DNA of 63,141 nt from an uncultured virus (IMG/VR IMGVR_UViG_3300029955_000004) (taxonomy: Duplodnaviria; Heunggongvirae; Uroviricota; Caudoviricetes): IMG/VR virus record IMGVR_UViG_3300029955_000004, positions 62,001 to 125,141 of that record; one strand, 5' to 3'. Both the position numbers and the translations under genes were made by a program. Positions 8,900 through 18,659 of this stretch are shown here, piece after piece; position 1 is the stretch's first letter, and each line of letters starts with the position of its first letter. Under the pieces are notes generated by a model. The model saw only the letters and a program-made list of their open reading frames with translations. It ran no database searches and was not told the origin of the DNA.

Positions 8900-10447
8900 A
8901 TGGTTGATACGAATGTACTAAGAAGTATTCACGAAAATACCCCTAAGTATAATAGACATACTCTTATTGATTATATGAAAAATGAATTAGATCGCGCTCC
9001 TGAGTTTGTTGGTGCTATTTTAAATGAAGGCGTTAAAATGTTTAATGGTGTTATTACATATGTCGGTCATAGAGTTCTTCCCCCTGAAGATAGAGCTAAT
9101 TTTGAATTAGCTGTTTATAAAGGATGTTCTGTTCATACATCAGAACTCATTTTAACTGAATATATTTTCGAATATGATGGTAAGAAATTTCAGTCCCACT
9201 TCTATCTTCCTTATCTTAGAAATAATGTTATCACGATTATGGATACTATGCATGTTGTTCAAAAACCTATTACAGAACAAGTGTTTAGTAAAACCGCTAC
9301 TGGTGTTACTGTAAAGACTATTCGTCAACCTATTCCATTTCATCGAAACAGCACCTTTGATGTACGATCAATATGTGGTCGTTATGCTTCAGTCGACTAT
9401 ATCACAACACTGAAGATACATCAAAATCCTACAAGAAGTAAAGAAAAGAAAAAAACTTATGCGACTTGTTTACACTATCTTTTATGTAAATATGGTATCG
9501 TTGAAACATTGAATAGATTTGGTCTTACTTCTGAAGATATTAGTATTGTCGAAAGAGTCAATAATGATGAAGATATATATTACTATTTTGAAGCAAAGCA
9601 GCATATTAAGAAAATTCCTATGAATTTATATTTAAAGGTTAAACAACATGTTCTCTTATCTAATAAAACAAATCTAAAGATCGTTGCTAATCTTTTATAT
9701 ATTTTAACCCCATTTACTAAATACAAAGTTGAAGATATTTATGATCCTGAAAAAACTGCATTTAGAATCATGTTAGGTAAGATTATTCATGGTGATACTA
9801 TTACCGAAGCGTCTAGTAAAAATAGGATTGATAATCATATTCGTAGTGTTGATAATGCATTAGATCTTATTACTATGTATCGATTGAATGCATATGGCTA
9901 TAATGTTAAAGATATCTATGATTTTCTACAAGCAGTATTTTCAAATATAGATACAATTATTTTAGAATCTAGTTATACTGATCTTTTCAAGATGAGAATC
10001 AATATCGTTGAAACAATATTAGTAGATACTATTTGTAAGAGTGTTTTTGGTCGTTGGTATTATGAAGAAACAAATCCTAGTCGGTTGAATGAACAAGAAG
10101 TTAAACGTATTTTAAAGTTCGATCCTATGCTTATTCGTAATCTTAGTTCGAATCGTATTGTTCAAAAGAGTCCTCAGATTTATGGCGACAACCAGCTTAT
10201 TCCCTGTTTATGTCAAAAGACGAGACAATCGAGTATTTCACAATCTGGTAAAGTTTTGAAATCTGCTGATCATAGATTTAACCCATCTGCTGCCGCTGTT
10301 GAAACAATTTATGTATTTAATAAAAGTAATCCTGGTGCTGGTGGTATCATAAATCCATACTTAGAAATAGATAATAATGGTACTATCATTAAACCTGCAT
10401 ATTCTGCTGAACTTGACAGTATGAAGAAATTTATTCCTAATAACTAA
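8900..10447 (+). CDS. Non-virion RNA polymerase beta N-terminal subunit (phiKZ gp123-like)
   Basis: N-terminal IHENTPKYN, FYLPYL, HYLLCKYG and C-terminal KSNPGAGGIINPYL, as recalled for this family. Confidence 0.7.
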   Translation: MVDTNVLRSIHENTPKYNRHTLIDYMKNELDRAPEFVGAILNEGVKMFNGVITYVGHRVLPPEDRANFELAVYKGCSVHTSELILTEYIFEYDGKKFQSHFYLPYLRNNVITIMDTMHVVQKPITEQVFSKTATGVTVKTIRQPIPFHRNSTFDVRSICGRYASVDYITTLKIHQNPTRSKEKKKTYATCLHYLLCKYGIVETLNRFGLTSEDISIVERVNNDEDIYYYFEAKQHIKKIPMNLYLKVKQHVLLSNKTNLKIVANLLYILTPFTKYKVEDIYDPEKTAFRIMLGKIIHGDTITEASSKNRIDNHIRSVDNALDLITMYRLNAYGYNVKDIYDFLQAVFSNIDTIILESSYTDLFKMRINIVETILVDTICKSVFGRWYYEETNPSRLNEQEVKRILKFDPMLIRNLSSNRIVQKSPQIYGDNQLIPCLCQKTRQSSISQSGKVLKSADHRFNPSAAAVETIYVFNKSNPGAGGIINPYLEIDNNGTIIKPAYSAELDSMKKFIPNN

Positions 10448-10480
10448 AATAACAATCAGTCAAAACAAGGGGACATTCTG

Positions 10481-12115
10481 ATGGTTAGTTTCGGTAATGG
10501 CGGTGGCTTTGGTCAAAATAATAATAATAATAATAATAACAATATGAATAATGTGATCAATGCTTCTATTAATCTTTGTCAAGATATATTAGAAAATAAA
10601 ATGAATTATGAAAATAACGAAGAACGTATTGTTGCTAAAACTATCTATAATAGCATTTCTGCCAATACTATTGAGCGTACTAAGATCGGTAATGTATTTA
10701 AGAATTTTATTATCAATTGTGCTAATAATAATACTAGCGGTGTAACCAAGGATGATGTTATCAATTGGTGTAAGAAATTCATCACTGATAACTGGACTGC
10801 AATCGGCCGTGCTGTTATGGAAAAATCCAATAGTAATAATAGTTTTGGTGGTGGTGGTAATTCCTTTGGTAATAGCGGCGGTAGTAGTTGGGGCGGAGGA
10901 AGCAATAACAGCTCTTCTTCCAATTTCGGCGAACGCGCTTCGATGAACGATCTCATCGACGGTGTTCATTCTAGTGGCTCAAAAGATACTAATAATTCTT
11001 TTAATAGCATATTCAATGACGATGACAAAGCTATTAAGAAACAGATTATTATCGAGAATGTTAATAAGGGCGACTTTTACTCGCAGAGGGTTGTTATGAC
11101 TCAAACGGAACCGAAGATCGATATATTCTCTGGTTGTAATTTCTTCAAAGTAGAACAATATTCCAAAAACAATGATATGTTTAATGATGGTAAGACCGTA
11201 CATACTTTTGTTGTTGATTATGTTCGTTCTGAGATGAGCGATCTTCAGATCTACAATGATATTCGCAAACATATCAATCCTGAAGTTGTTGATGAGCATT
11301 ATGCCGTTATTGTTCGTTATAATCAGTTGATGCATCTTGGTATCGGTACGAATAGGTTCAAGACTGTTCGTGGTGTTATTCGTGATACTATTGACAATAA
11401 AGATAATTCTGTTATTGAGGTCCTTAGTGTTATTGAAAATCTTATTCACAAAGAACATCGTATTTTTGAACGATTGATCATTGATCATGTTAACTTCTTA
11501 CTGAAGAATAATCTTATTTCTTATCGTAAGAATACTTCTATTGTCCTGAAGACTATTGATGATATTAAAGAATATTTGGAAAATCCTCCTAAGGTTCTTG
11601 CTGATAACATTAGAAGCTTCCCCACAGCATTTAAGAATATTGTTAACCGTGCTATTCAATATGTATTTATCGAAAGCTGTGTTGTTGATATCGATGATAA
11701 TAATTTCGGTGATGTTATCAAATCTCAGGCTGTTAAGTTTGTTGATGAACATGGTCGCACCGAATATGATTATGGTACGTATATCAACGATCCTGATCGT
11801 ATCAAATCGATTATGAATTCTATGGTTGAAAACGATACTGTTCTTCGTTTACCGAAAACTATTATTTATACCAATATCATTACCGAAGATGCTCTTACTG
11901 AAATTGGAAATGATGTTCGTGTTTATGTTCAAGAGTGGAATAATCCTAAGATGAATTTTGTTAGATATACTTGCGACCTCACCATCAATGATGGTGGTCT
12001 TGATAATGTTATTTATTTTGTCAGCCCTCAGGATAGTGACAAGGTTGGTAAAGCCAATATCGGGACTACTTATAAAACTAGTAGCGAAGACAATATCTAT
12101 ATCGTTCTTTATTAA
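10481..12115 (+). CDS. Hypothetical protein with N/G/S low-complexity, FG-containing N-terminus
   Basis: 544-aa ORF; poly-Asn and SFGGGGNSFGNSGG tracts. Confidence 0.75.
   Translation: MVSFGNGGGFGQNNNNNNNNNMNNVINASINLCQDILENKMNYENNEERIVAKTIYNSISANTIERTKIGNVFKNFIINCANNNTSGVTKDDVINWCKKFITDNWTAIGRAVMEKSNSNNSFGGGGNSFGNSGGSSWGGGSNNSSSSNFGERASMNDLIDGVHSSGSKDTNNSFNSIFNDDDKAIKKQIIIENVNKGDFYSQRVVMTQTEPKIDIFSGCNFFKVEQYSKNNDMFNDGKTVHTFVVDYVRSEMSDLQIYNDIRKHINPEVVDEHYAVIVRYNQLMHLGIGTNRFKTVRGVIRDTIDNKDNSVIEVLSVIENLIHKEHRIFERLIIDHVNFLLKNNLISYRKNTSIVLKTIDDIKEYLENPPKVLADNIRSFPTAFKNIVNRAIQYVFIESCVVDIDDNNFGDVIKSQAVKFVDEHGRTEYDYGTYINDPDRIKSIMNSMVENDTVLRLPKTIIYTNIITEDALTEIGNDVRVYVQEWNNPKMNFVRYTCDLTINDGGLDNVIYFVSPQDSDKVGKANIGTTYKTSSEDNIYIVLY
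10517..10543 (+). repeat. AAT trinucleotide repeat encoding N9
   Basis: (AAT)7 AAC AAT. Confidence 0.9.
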
Positions 12116-12129
12116 TTTGCGATATGTCA

Positions 12130-12161
12130 CATAACAGGATGGCCAAGGCCATCCTGTTATG
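12130..12161. terminator. Bidirectional hairpin between convergent genes
   Basis: CATAACAGGATGGCC-AA-GGCCATCCTGTTATG. Confidence 0.75.
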
Positions 12162-12175
12162 GACTTTATATTTTT

Positions 12176-13006
12176 TTAAACCAATAAGACTCTACCTGAA
12201 ACAAGATTAAATGATTTAATAATATTTTTTGTTGAAGATGACATATCATCACCACACCAAGTAATTGTATTATTTAACTGAGTATACATTGACTCTGTAT
12301 AAGTAAGAGAAGCATTACCGTATGTAGTTACACTAACACTCTGGTCAACACCGGAGAATAAACCAAGCTCTGAAACAGACGCAGCATAAGCCAAATCACC
12401 ATAAATAGCAGTAATATATTCCAATAACTCATTATCATTAATCGTCAATGTCATAGTCGTCTGTGCATTAACTTCTGTTGTTGTAGAAGCATTACCAGAT
12501 GAAGTAGGAACAGTTCTCGTAGGTGTAAGATTACTATAATCAATAACATAAGGATTCTGAAGACCAGTGGTAGCATCTGTTTCAACAAGAGAAATACCCC
12601 CAGACATAGTTGCTGTCTTTAACCAGTATGCATAGTAATTAGAAGAACCAACTTGAACTAAAGATCTAATTCTATAATTAGACATTTCCGCAGCGGTAAG
12701 ATCAGACTCAGTAGGAACAAATCTAAAAGGAATTGGAATAGAAAGACCCATATCTGATGGAAGAGGCTGATACGGTCTACGAATATTTGTAGAATCTGCA
12801 TTATAACATCCATTAATACCAACACCAAAATACTGAAGACCAGGAATAGTAGCAGGAATAGCAGCAGGGAAAATATTATAAAGGTTATTTAATGTTGTAC
12901 CAGTATCATAATCGAGTCCTGATCCCGTAGTACAGGCCAATTCTCGTTTAGCACCAAGAACAGTTGTAACACTATAACGAACAGCATTGGGAGTCGTTGA
13001 TGTCAT
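12176..13006 (-). CDS. Virion structural protein (phiKZ-like, baseplate-associated type)
   Basis: TTLN..YNI, LQYFGVGING, IPIPFRFVP, YYAYWLK, VSELGLFSGVD motifs; position next to the portal cluster. Confidence 0.65.
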   Translation of the reverse strand: MTSTTPNAVRYSVTTVLGAKRELACTTGSGLDYDTGTTLNNLYNIFPAAIPATIPGLQYFGVGINGCYNADSTNIRRPYQPLPSDMGLSIPIPFRFVPTESDLTAAEMSNYRIRSLVQVGSSNYYAYWLKTATMSGGISLVETDATTGLQNPYVIDYSNLTPTRTVPTSSGNASTTTEVNAQTTMTLTINDNELLEYITAIYGDLAYAASVSELGLFSGVDQSVSVTTYGNASLTYTESMYTQLNNTITWCGDDMSSSTKNIIKSFNLVSGRVLLV

Positions 13007-13009
13007 TTT

Positions 13010-15196
13010 CTAAAATGTTCCTTCTTTGTCAATGAAAACAATACGCATCCCCATTGATACATATTGTGTTGTTTCTGTTGTTTGAGTACTTTCCAAAACA
13101 TTTACTGTACAAATAGTATTTAAAGAAGAGTTTGTAGAATGTTCTTCGGTTAGTTTCATTGTTGATATGTTTTTTAATGTTATAGAATCCTCATAAGATG
13201 GAAACTCTATGATATTAACGTTACATTCACTTAAAGAATCACTATCTTTATGAATTTCTTCAGTTTGTATAATATCATAAATATTGTTATTTAATTCATA
13301 GGATGCTGTAGATTTTGTAGATTCGTCTGTATTTACAATAGACATAAATAGCCAATCTATTTCTTCATCATTATTATCTAAGAACTGAACATTATAGCTA
13401 CAGAATTTGATAAATATATTTTTTAATGCAGCATATAAATCTGTATCATAAATCAAAGGATTTGCGTTAGATCCTAAGAGTGAAGATTCGGATATTGGTA
13501 ATGCTGCTGATAGTAAGGAATTTATAAATCTGGCATACGAATCTTGTAGTGTAGTTGTGTTTAATTCTATCGAATTAATGATATCATCTAAATTAGCGAT
13601 AGATGCTAGATATGAACTATAATTCTCATATGTCGTAAGATCGAGTGACAAAATCTCATTAACCAAAACATTAGAATATATATATTTCTGTATTTTATCT
13701 GTAACATAATCACTATTATTTCTAGAAGTTCTAATATCATCTAACATTGTAGAAAATATAGTATTCATTGAATTTGCAAATGTTGCCGGATCTTGTGTTG
13801 TTGTATACTTTATATTTTCACAATTAGAAACATCATAAAAGTTTTTAATGATATATGTTATTCCATTTAAATCATACGTAGTTGGTAATGTACCAATATC
13901 TGATGTATATGCTGTATCGCATGAATAATATTTTGGAATATCTATTGGTGTTAATCCTATTAATCTAGACATACAGTAATGTATAAGAAGAATGATATCG
14001 TTTTGATTACATTCTATTGTTATTCCAGTCGTTGTTTCTGTAATAGCAACGCTAGCAAATTTATATATACCGTTTGAGATAGCATATATTAAAGTATCCA
14101 TTGTAAATCTAGCAACCAAATATTGATACTTAGTATCCTGATTAACTTTTTCTAAAATAAGAAGTTTTGTAGGATATTCATTTACTGTAGTCAATGCTAA
14201 TTCTTTTGTTATCTTGGTGTTATTATCTGAACTATCATCTATTTCAGTTTTTGCAGTATACAAAATATCTGTCATCTCAGTAATAGTCTTTGGTTCAATT
14301 TGTGTTATATTTGCAGAAAAATTAGTTGGAATAATAGTAGATGTAACCATAGGTGTCCACAATAAGCTATCGGATACTTGTTGATTGATATTAAAACCAA
14401 CACAACCTATATTCAAAGCAGCCAATAAGTTATCAATAAGTAGAATAAGATTAGATTGTTTTCCTGCATTTCTATTTAAATAATCCATATTTAAATATAA
14501 GAATAGTTCCTGTTTTCTCGATAACAAATTACTATAATCAGGAATATTATTCGATAATAATTCTGACCAAATATGATAACTATGAGCTCTTTCAGTATTT
14601 AAATTCTGATATCGCACTGCGTGTATTCTTGTAAACAAATTCTGCCACAATAAACCCCAAAAAGAAATGTCATAATACGGTTCATATCTAAAGAATTTAA
14701 AATACCATTTATTAACTGCATAATCTATCAGAGATTTCAAACTAATTATAATACTATCTAATTCTGTTGTTTCTAAAAAGTTTAATGCATCATAATTTAA
14801 AATAGTAAAATCTGGAGCAGTTATTGCAGTAGAGATATCTACAGGATAAACGATACCTTGAATAACATCTAATTGTTCTGGATATGTTTCGCATAAATTT
14901 ATAAAATATGTTGTTCCTGGTATATATCTTTCTTTTGTTACTGGATGATTTTTAAGGTTGTTTACTGTAAAATCTATAGTTTCTTGTGTGTCTAGAGAAA
15001 TTATTTCCATAATAGTATCAGTAGAATGATATTGACCGGATAAATTTAAATAATATTTCCAGGTAGATTCATCTGCACTTATGGTAGAAGATAACTCTAT
15101 TTCTGAATTCTGTAAAGTTGCAATTGGAGTAAATTTAATGACTAGACTCTTTAAGAAATTTATAACTTGTTCATCATATTCCTGAAGCGTTATCAT
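13010..15196 (-). CDS. Virion structural protein (phiKZ gp128-like)
   Basis: TWKYYLNLSGQYH...IISLDT, AHSYHIW..L.S, YLNRNAGKQ motifs; divergent from the portal gene. Confidence 0.65.
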   Translation of the reverse strand: MITLQEYDEQVINFLKSLVIKFTPIATLQNSEIELSSTISADESTWKYYLNLSGQYHSTDTIMEIISLDTQETIDFTVNNLKNHPVTKERYIPGTTYFINLCETYPEQLDVIQGIVYPVDISTAITAPDFTILNYDALNFLETTELDSIIISLKSLIDYAVNKWYFKFFRYEPYYDISFWGLLWQNLFTRIHAVRYQNLNTERAHSYHIWSELLSNNIPDYSNLLSRKQELFLYLNMDYLNRNAGKQSNLILLIDNLLAALNIGCVGFNINQQVSDSLLWTPMVTSTIIPTNFSANITQIEPKTITEMTDILYTAKTEIDDSSDNNTKITKELALTTVNEYPTKLLILEKVNQDTKYQYLVARFTMDTLIYAISNGIYKFASVAITETTTGITIECNQNDIILLIHYCMSRLIGLTPIDIPKYYSCDTAYTSDIGTLPTTYDLNGITYIIKNFYDVSNCENIKYTTTQDPATFANSMNTIFSTMLDDIRTSRNNSDYVTDKIQKYIYSNVLVNEILSLDLTTYENYSSYLASIANLDDIINSIELNTTTLQDSYARFINSLLSAALPISESSLLGSNANPLIYDTDLYAALKNIFIKFCSYNVQFLDNNDEEIDWLFMSIVNTDESTKSTASYELNNNIYDIIQTEEIHKDSDSLSECNVNIIEFPSYEDSITLKNISTMKLTEEHSTNSSLNTICTVNVLESTQTTETTQYVSMGMRIVFIDKEGTF

Positions 15197-15268
15197 TTAT
15201 GGTTCTTCTCCTTTTTACATAGAGAGATCATATCATAAGTAGTCATTTTTACAAAAGGAAATATTCTG

Positions 15269-17716
15269 ATGACACTTAAAGACAGACTTATGAGTACTCT
15301 TAGTATTTTTATAAAAGATAAACAATATACTGAACCATCTCTAGATATTAATTTTAACCCTTCTACAAGTATTTCTAATGATCAGAGAAAAGAATTATTA
15401 AATAAGATTCAAAGATCCTCTCTGGACAATAGAGGAATAGATCCTACATCATTCTTAAGTAATTATCTAAAACCTATTGCTTCTGAGACAGCAAACTTAT
15501 CAGTTGACAACTTAGAGATTATTAGACTTGTTCCAGAAATTGGTAGAGCAATAAATGTTATTATTCCTCATATTTATGCACCCAATGATTTACAAGATAA
15601 TACAATCCCTATCGTCGTTAATCATGCTAGTCTTTCCGAACCACAGAAGAAAGCTATTGGAAAGACATTAGAAAAGTATTTTAATGAAACATTAGAATTA
15701 CCAACTAAAGCAAAACATTGGACAAAACAAAGTCTTTATATTGCTGGGTCTTCTCCCATTTGTATCATACCACTGAATGAAATTGATACTCTCATAAACG
15801 ATAGTAACAATATCGTTCCTGGTACAGAATCATATAATGAACACTTTAAAAAATTAAATAATAGTATTTTTAAAGATGCCAATATGTTTTATGAAAACAG
15901 GACTGAAGAATCTGTAGCTACAGAAACATTAGCTATGGAAAATCTTTATACTGGAATTTCATCTTTAGAATATGGTTATGATGAAAATATAAATAAAAAA
16001 ATACAATTTTCTCAGAATAAAAACAAAGAATTTGCCACATTTGCTATGGAAGCATTAGGAGAAAATGCATTCGGATTAACTGATAATATTGATATTCTAA
16101 AAATGCCAGAAGCCACAACGAAAGCTGGTAATAATAAAGTTAAACAACATGTTGCATTGCGATATAAAACAACAGCTACTACATTCTTGGGGAATGGTGA
16201 AAAGGGTAAAAAGAATAAAGGTCATCCTGTTTATATAGAACTTCCTCCAGAAAGTGTTGTTCCTATTTATGTTCCAGGTTCACCTAAAAACCACATTGGA
16301 TATCTTGTTCTTTTGGGAGATTATGGTTCTCCTATTAACCTAACTGAATCTGTTAAAGATGTTACTTATTCAACATCTAAACGAGTTAATTATGATACAC
16401 TCTATAAAACATTCGGTTATAATGGAATTAAAGATCCTACCCAACAGTATTTAATGATGCAGACTCTATATGGACAACTTATTAATGCTCATGTTTCTGG
16501 AAAGTTAGAAAAGGTTGGATATAAAGATGTAGAATTTGGAAATATAGAAAATATTTACAAACACATGTTTACTAGATTCTTAGCATCAAGAAGATCAAAC
16601 ATATTATTTGTACCGAAAGAATTTATGATTTATCATCATTATGATCTAAATGCAGATGGTACTGGTAGATCTAAATTAGAAGATATTAAATTTATATTGT
16701 CTTTAAAAATGACTATTATGATTGCCTCTGCACATTCTGCTATTCGCTCTGCTATTGACAAACGAACAGTTGAGGTTACATTAAATAATAAGATTACGAA
16801 TGTTGAAGGACATCTTAAGAAGTTAGAAAAAGCGTTTGTTCAGAAAAACATGGTTAAATTTTCAACAGATCCGTCTCAGGCTGTTAGAACTATATCGGAA
16901 AAATCATTATCTTTTAAGGCTAAAGGTATTCCTGGTCTGGGTGATTATGAAGTTACAAGTGAAGCTACACCCGATAATAGTAGTTCTGAATTTAGAGATA
17001 TTTTAGAGTATTTTGATAATATTATTCAATATCACTTTGATGTTCCCCCATCTGCTTATAATTCAATGAACGAAAACGAATTCTCTAGATCGATTGTTAT
17101 GTCGAATATTTATTTTAGTAGAATTATTCAAGCTTTACAACAACTTACAATAAAACATTTAAATAATTTTATCAGAACATATATTAGTTTTTCACAACCT
17201 CTTATTGAAGAAATTAATAAAATTATTAATATCAAAGTAGATGGCGAAGATAAACTATCAGATGGTTCTGGCGTAGAAGATGAAAATAAAACTGAAAGTA
17301 CCAAAGAAAGACTTGAAGAGATTATTAATAGTATTAGTGTTCATCTACAGGTTCCGAATGTTGGTCCTAACAAAACACAATTTGACGATCTTGATACATT
17401 CTCTGAGTCTCTTGATAAAGTACTTGATAAACTTTATAGTGTTCCTAAAGAACTTGAAGACGATCCTCTTACATTTGTTAAGTTTGTTGTTAAAGAAAAG
17501 ATACTTAGAAAATATCTATCAGAACAAAATGTCATGGACTCTGATGAATTCCCAACAATCGGTGAGATCGATAAAGTTGCACTTGACGAAACTATTCATG
17601 AATGTATTAATCTTATTAATGCAATTAAAACATCAAAGCGTTTATATAAACAGAAAGCTAATAATAATAATCAAGATGATGATAATTCTGGTTTCGAAGA
17701 TAGTGATAAATACTAA
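15269..17716 (+). CDS. Portal protein (phiKZ gp129-like)
   Basis: 815 aa; LPPESVVPIYVPGSPKNHIGYLVLL, FVPKEFMIY..YD..ADGTGRSKLE, ENEFSRSIV. Confidence 0.7.
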   Translation: MTLKDRLMSTLSIFIKDKQYTEPSLDINFNPSTSISNDQRKELLNKIQRSSLDNRGIDPTSFLSNYLKPIASETANLSVDNLEIIRLVPEIGRAINVIIPHIYAPNDLQDNTIPIVVNHASLSEPQKKAIGKTLEKYFNETLELPTKAKHWTKQSLYIAGSSPICIIPLNEIDTLINDSNNIVPGTESYNEHFKKLNNSIFKDANMFYENRTEESVATETLAMENLYTGISSLEYGYDENINKKIQFSQNKNKEFATFAMEALGENAFGLTDNIDILKMPEATTKAGNNKVKQHVALRYKTTATTFLGNGEKGKKNKGHPVYIELPPESVVPIYVPGSPKNHIGYLVLLGDYGSPINLTESVKDVTYSTSKRVNYDTLYKTFGYNGIKDPTQQYLMMQTLYGQLINAHVSGKLEKVGYKDVEFGNIENIYKHMFTRFLASRRSNILFVPKEFMIYHHYDLNADGTGRSKLEDIKFILSLKMTIMIASAHSAIRSAIDKRTVEVTLNNKITNVEGHLKKLEKAFVQKNMVKFSTDPSQAVRTISEKSLSFKAKGIPGLGDYEVTSEATPDNSSSEFRDILEYFDNIIQYHFDVPPSAYNSMNENEFSRSIVMSNIYFSRIIQALQQLTIKHLNNFIRTYISFSQPLIEEINKIINIKVDGEDKLSDGSGVEDENKTESTKERLEEIINSISVHLQVPNVGPNKTQFDDLDTFSESLDKVLDKLYSVPKELEDDPLTFVKFVVKEKILRKYLSEQNVMDSDEFPTIGEIDKVALDETIHECINLINAIKTSKRLYKQKANNNNQDDDNSGFEDSDKY

Positions 17717-17725
17717 GTATAAAAC

Positions 17726-17757
17726 TGATAGGAATGGGCAAGTGCCCATTCCTATCA
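17726..17757. terminator. Bidirectional hairpin between portal and tail tube genes
   Basis: TGATAGGAATGGGCA-AG-TGCCCATTCCTATCA. Confidence 0.75.
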
Positions 17758-17772
17758 TATCCGACAATTGTC

Positions 17773-18642
17773 TTAACCCATAGCGTAATAATTAGCTTCA
17801 GCATCTTCCTGCTGAGCCTGAATACCCATATCAGCAAGTTCATCAGGAATATCGCTAGCAACCGGAGTAGCAAGATTGTAATTAACACGATGCAAACCAA
17901 GACGATCGGCGATGATCTGACCAGCAACTTTTGTATTATAATTATGTTGAATAAGACCAGTATAAGCAATAGATCTTTCAGGAACTTCACCATGAGAAAT
18001 AGTACGTTTCCAACCAAAATTACTTGTTTCGGTCGGGAACATACAAGTGGAATAATAGGCATCAATAATGTTCTGAGGCTGCATTGTAGGATCAAACTGA
18101 ATCCATAACACATCCATAGTAAATGTAGACAACAACATAGGATCGATAGCAGTATCGCCACCATTAATAGCAGACAACAGAGAGAACTGAGTATCAGGAT
18201 CTCTAATCATCTTAATCCAATTATAGTGGAAATTCCAAACAACATTACCAACAATTTCATTCCATGTAAACTGTGGCGTAATCGCTGAGCGCTTAGACAC
18301 GGTAGGAACATGGAGTGTCTGACCATCGTGGCCAGCAGTAACATCAGTTGTTTCTAATGTAACATTAAAATCAATACCAGAAACTTCTTTAGGATGTTGT
18401 TCGATAAGCGCCTTAAGAATATCAACCATACCATCAAATTGATAAAACATAGTAGGTGCCCGTGTGACAATGCCATATGTCGGGAGGAACACCTGCGGTG
18501 TCGCAGAATCGATATTGACGAGATTAACGCCAAGACCATTCTGCGCACCAGCAGCAATGTTCACAACCTGATCAGCATCCGTCACAGCAGCAACGCCACC
18601 AAGATTGCTCAGTAAAGAGCTGGAGAGCGAGGCCAGTGACAT
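17773..18642 (-). CDS. Tail tube protein (phiKZ gp30-like)
   Basis: 289 aa directly downstream of the sheath; LKALIE.HP...SG, WIKMIRDPDTQ, FDPT, MFP motifs. Confidence 0.75.
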   Translation of the reverse strand: MSLASLSSSLLSNLGGVAAVTDADQVVNIAAGAQNGLGVNLVNIDSATPQVFLPTYGIVTRAPTMFYQFDGMVDILKALIEQHPKEVSGIDFNVTLETTDVTAGHDGQTLHVPTVSKRSAITPQFTWNEIVGNVVWNFHYNWIKMIRDPDTQFSLLSAINGGDTAIDPMLLSTFTMDVLWIQFDPTMQPQNIIDAYYSTCMFPTETSNFGWKRTISHGEVPERSIAYTGLIQHNYNTKVAGQIIADRLGLHRVNYNLATPVASDIPDELADMGIQAQQEDAEANYYAMG

Positions 18643-18659
18643 TATAGATTATCCCTTTC

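Noticed and set aside
10589..12130. Several antisense ORFs over the 10481-12115 gene
   Set aside because: Shadow frames of a long sense gene
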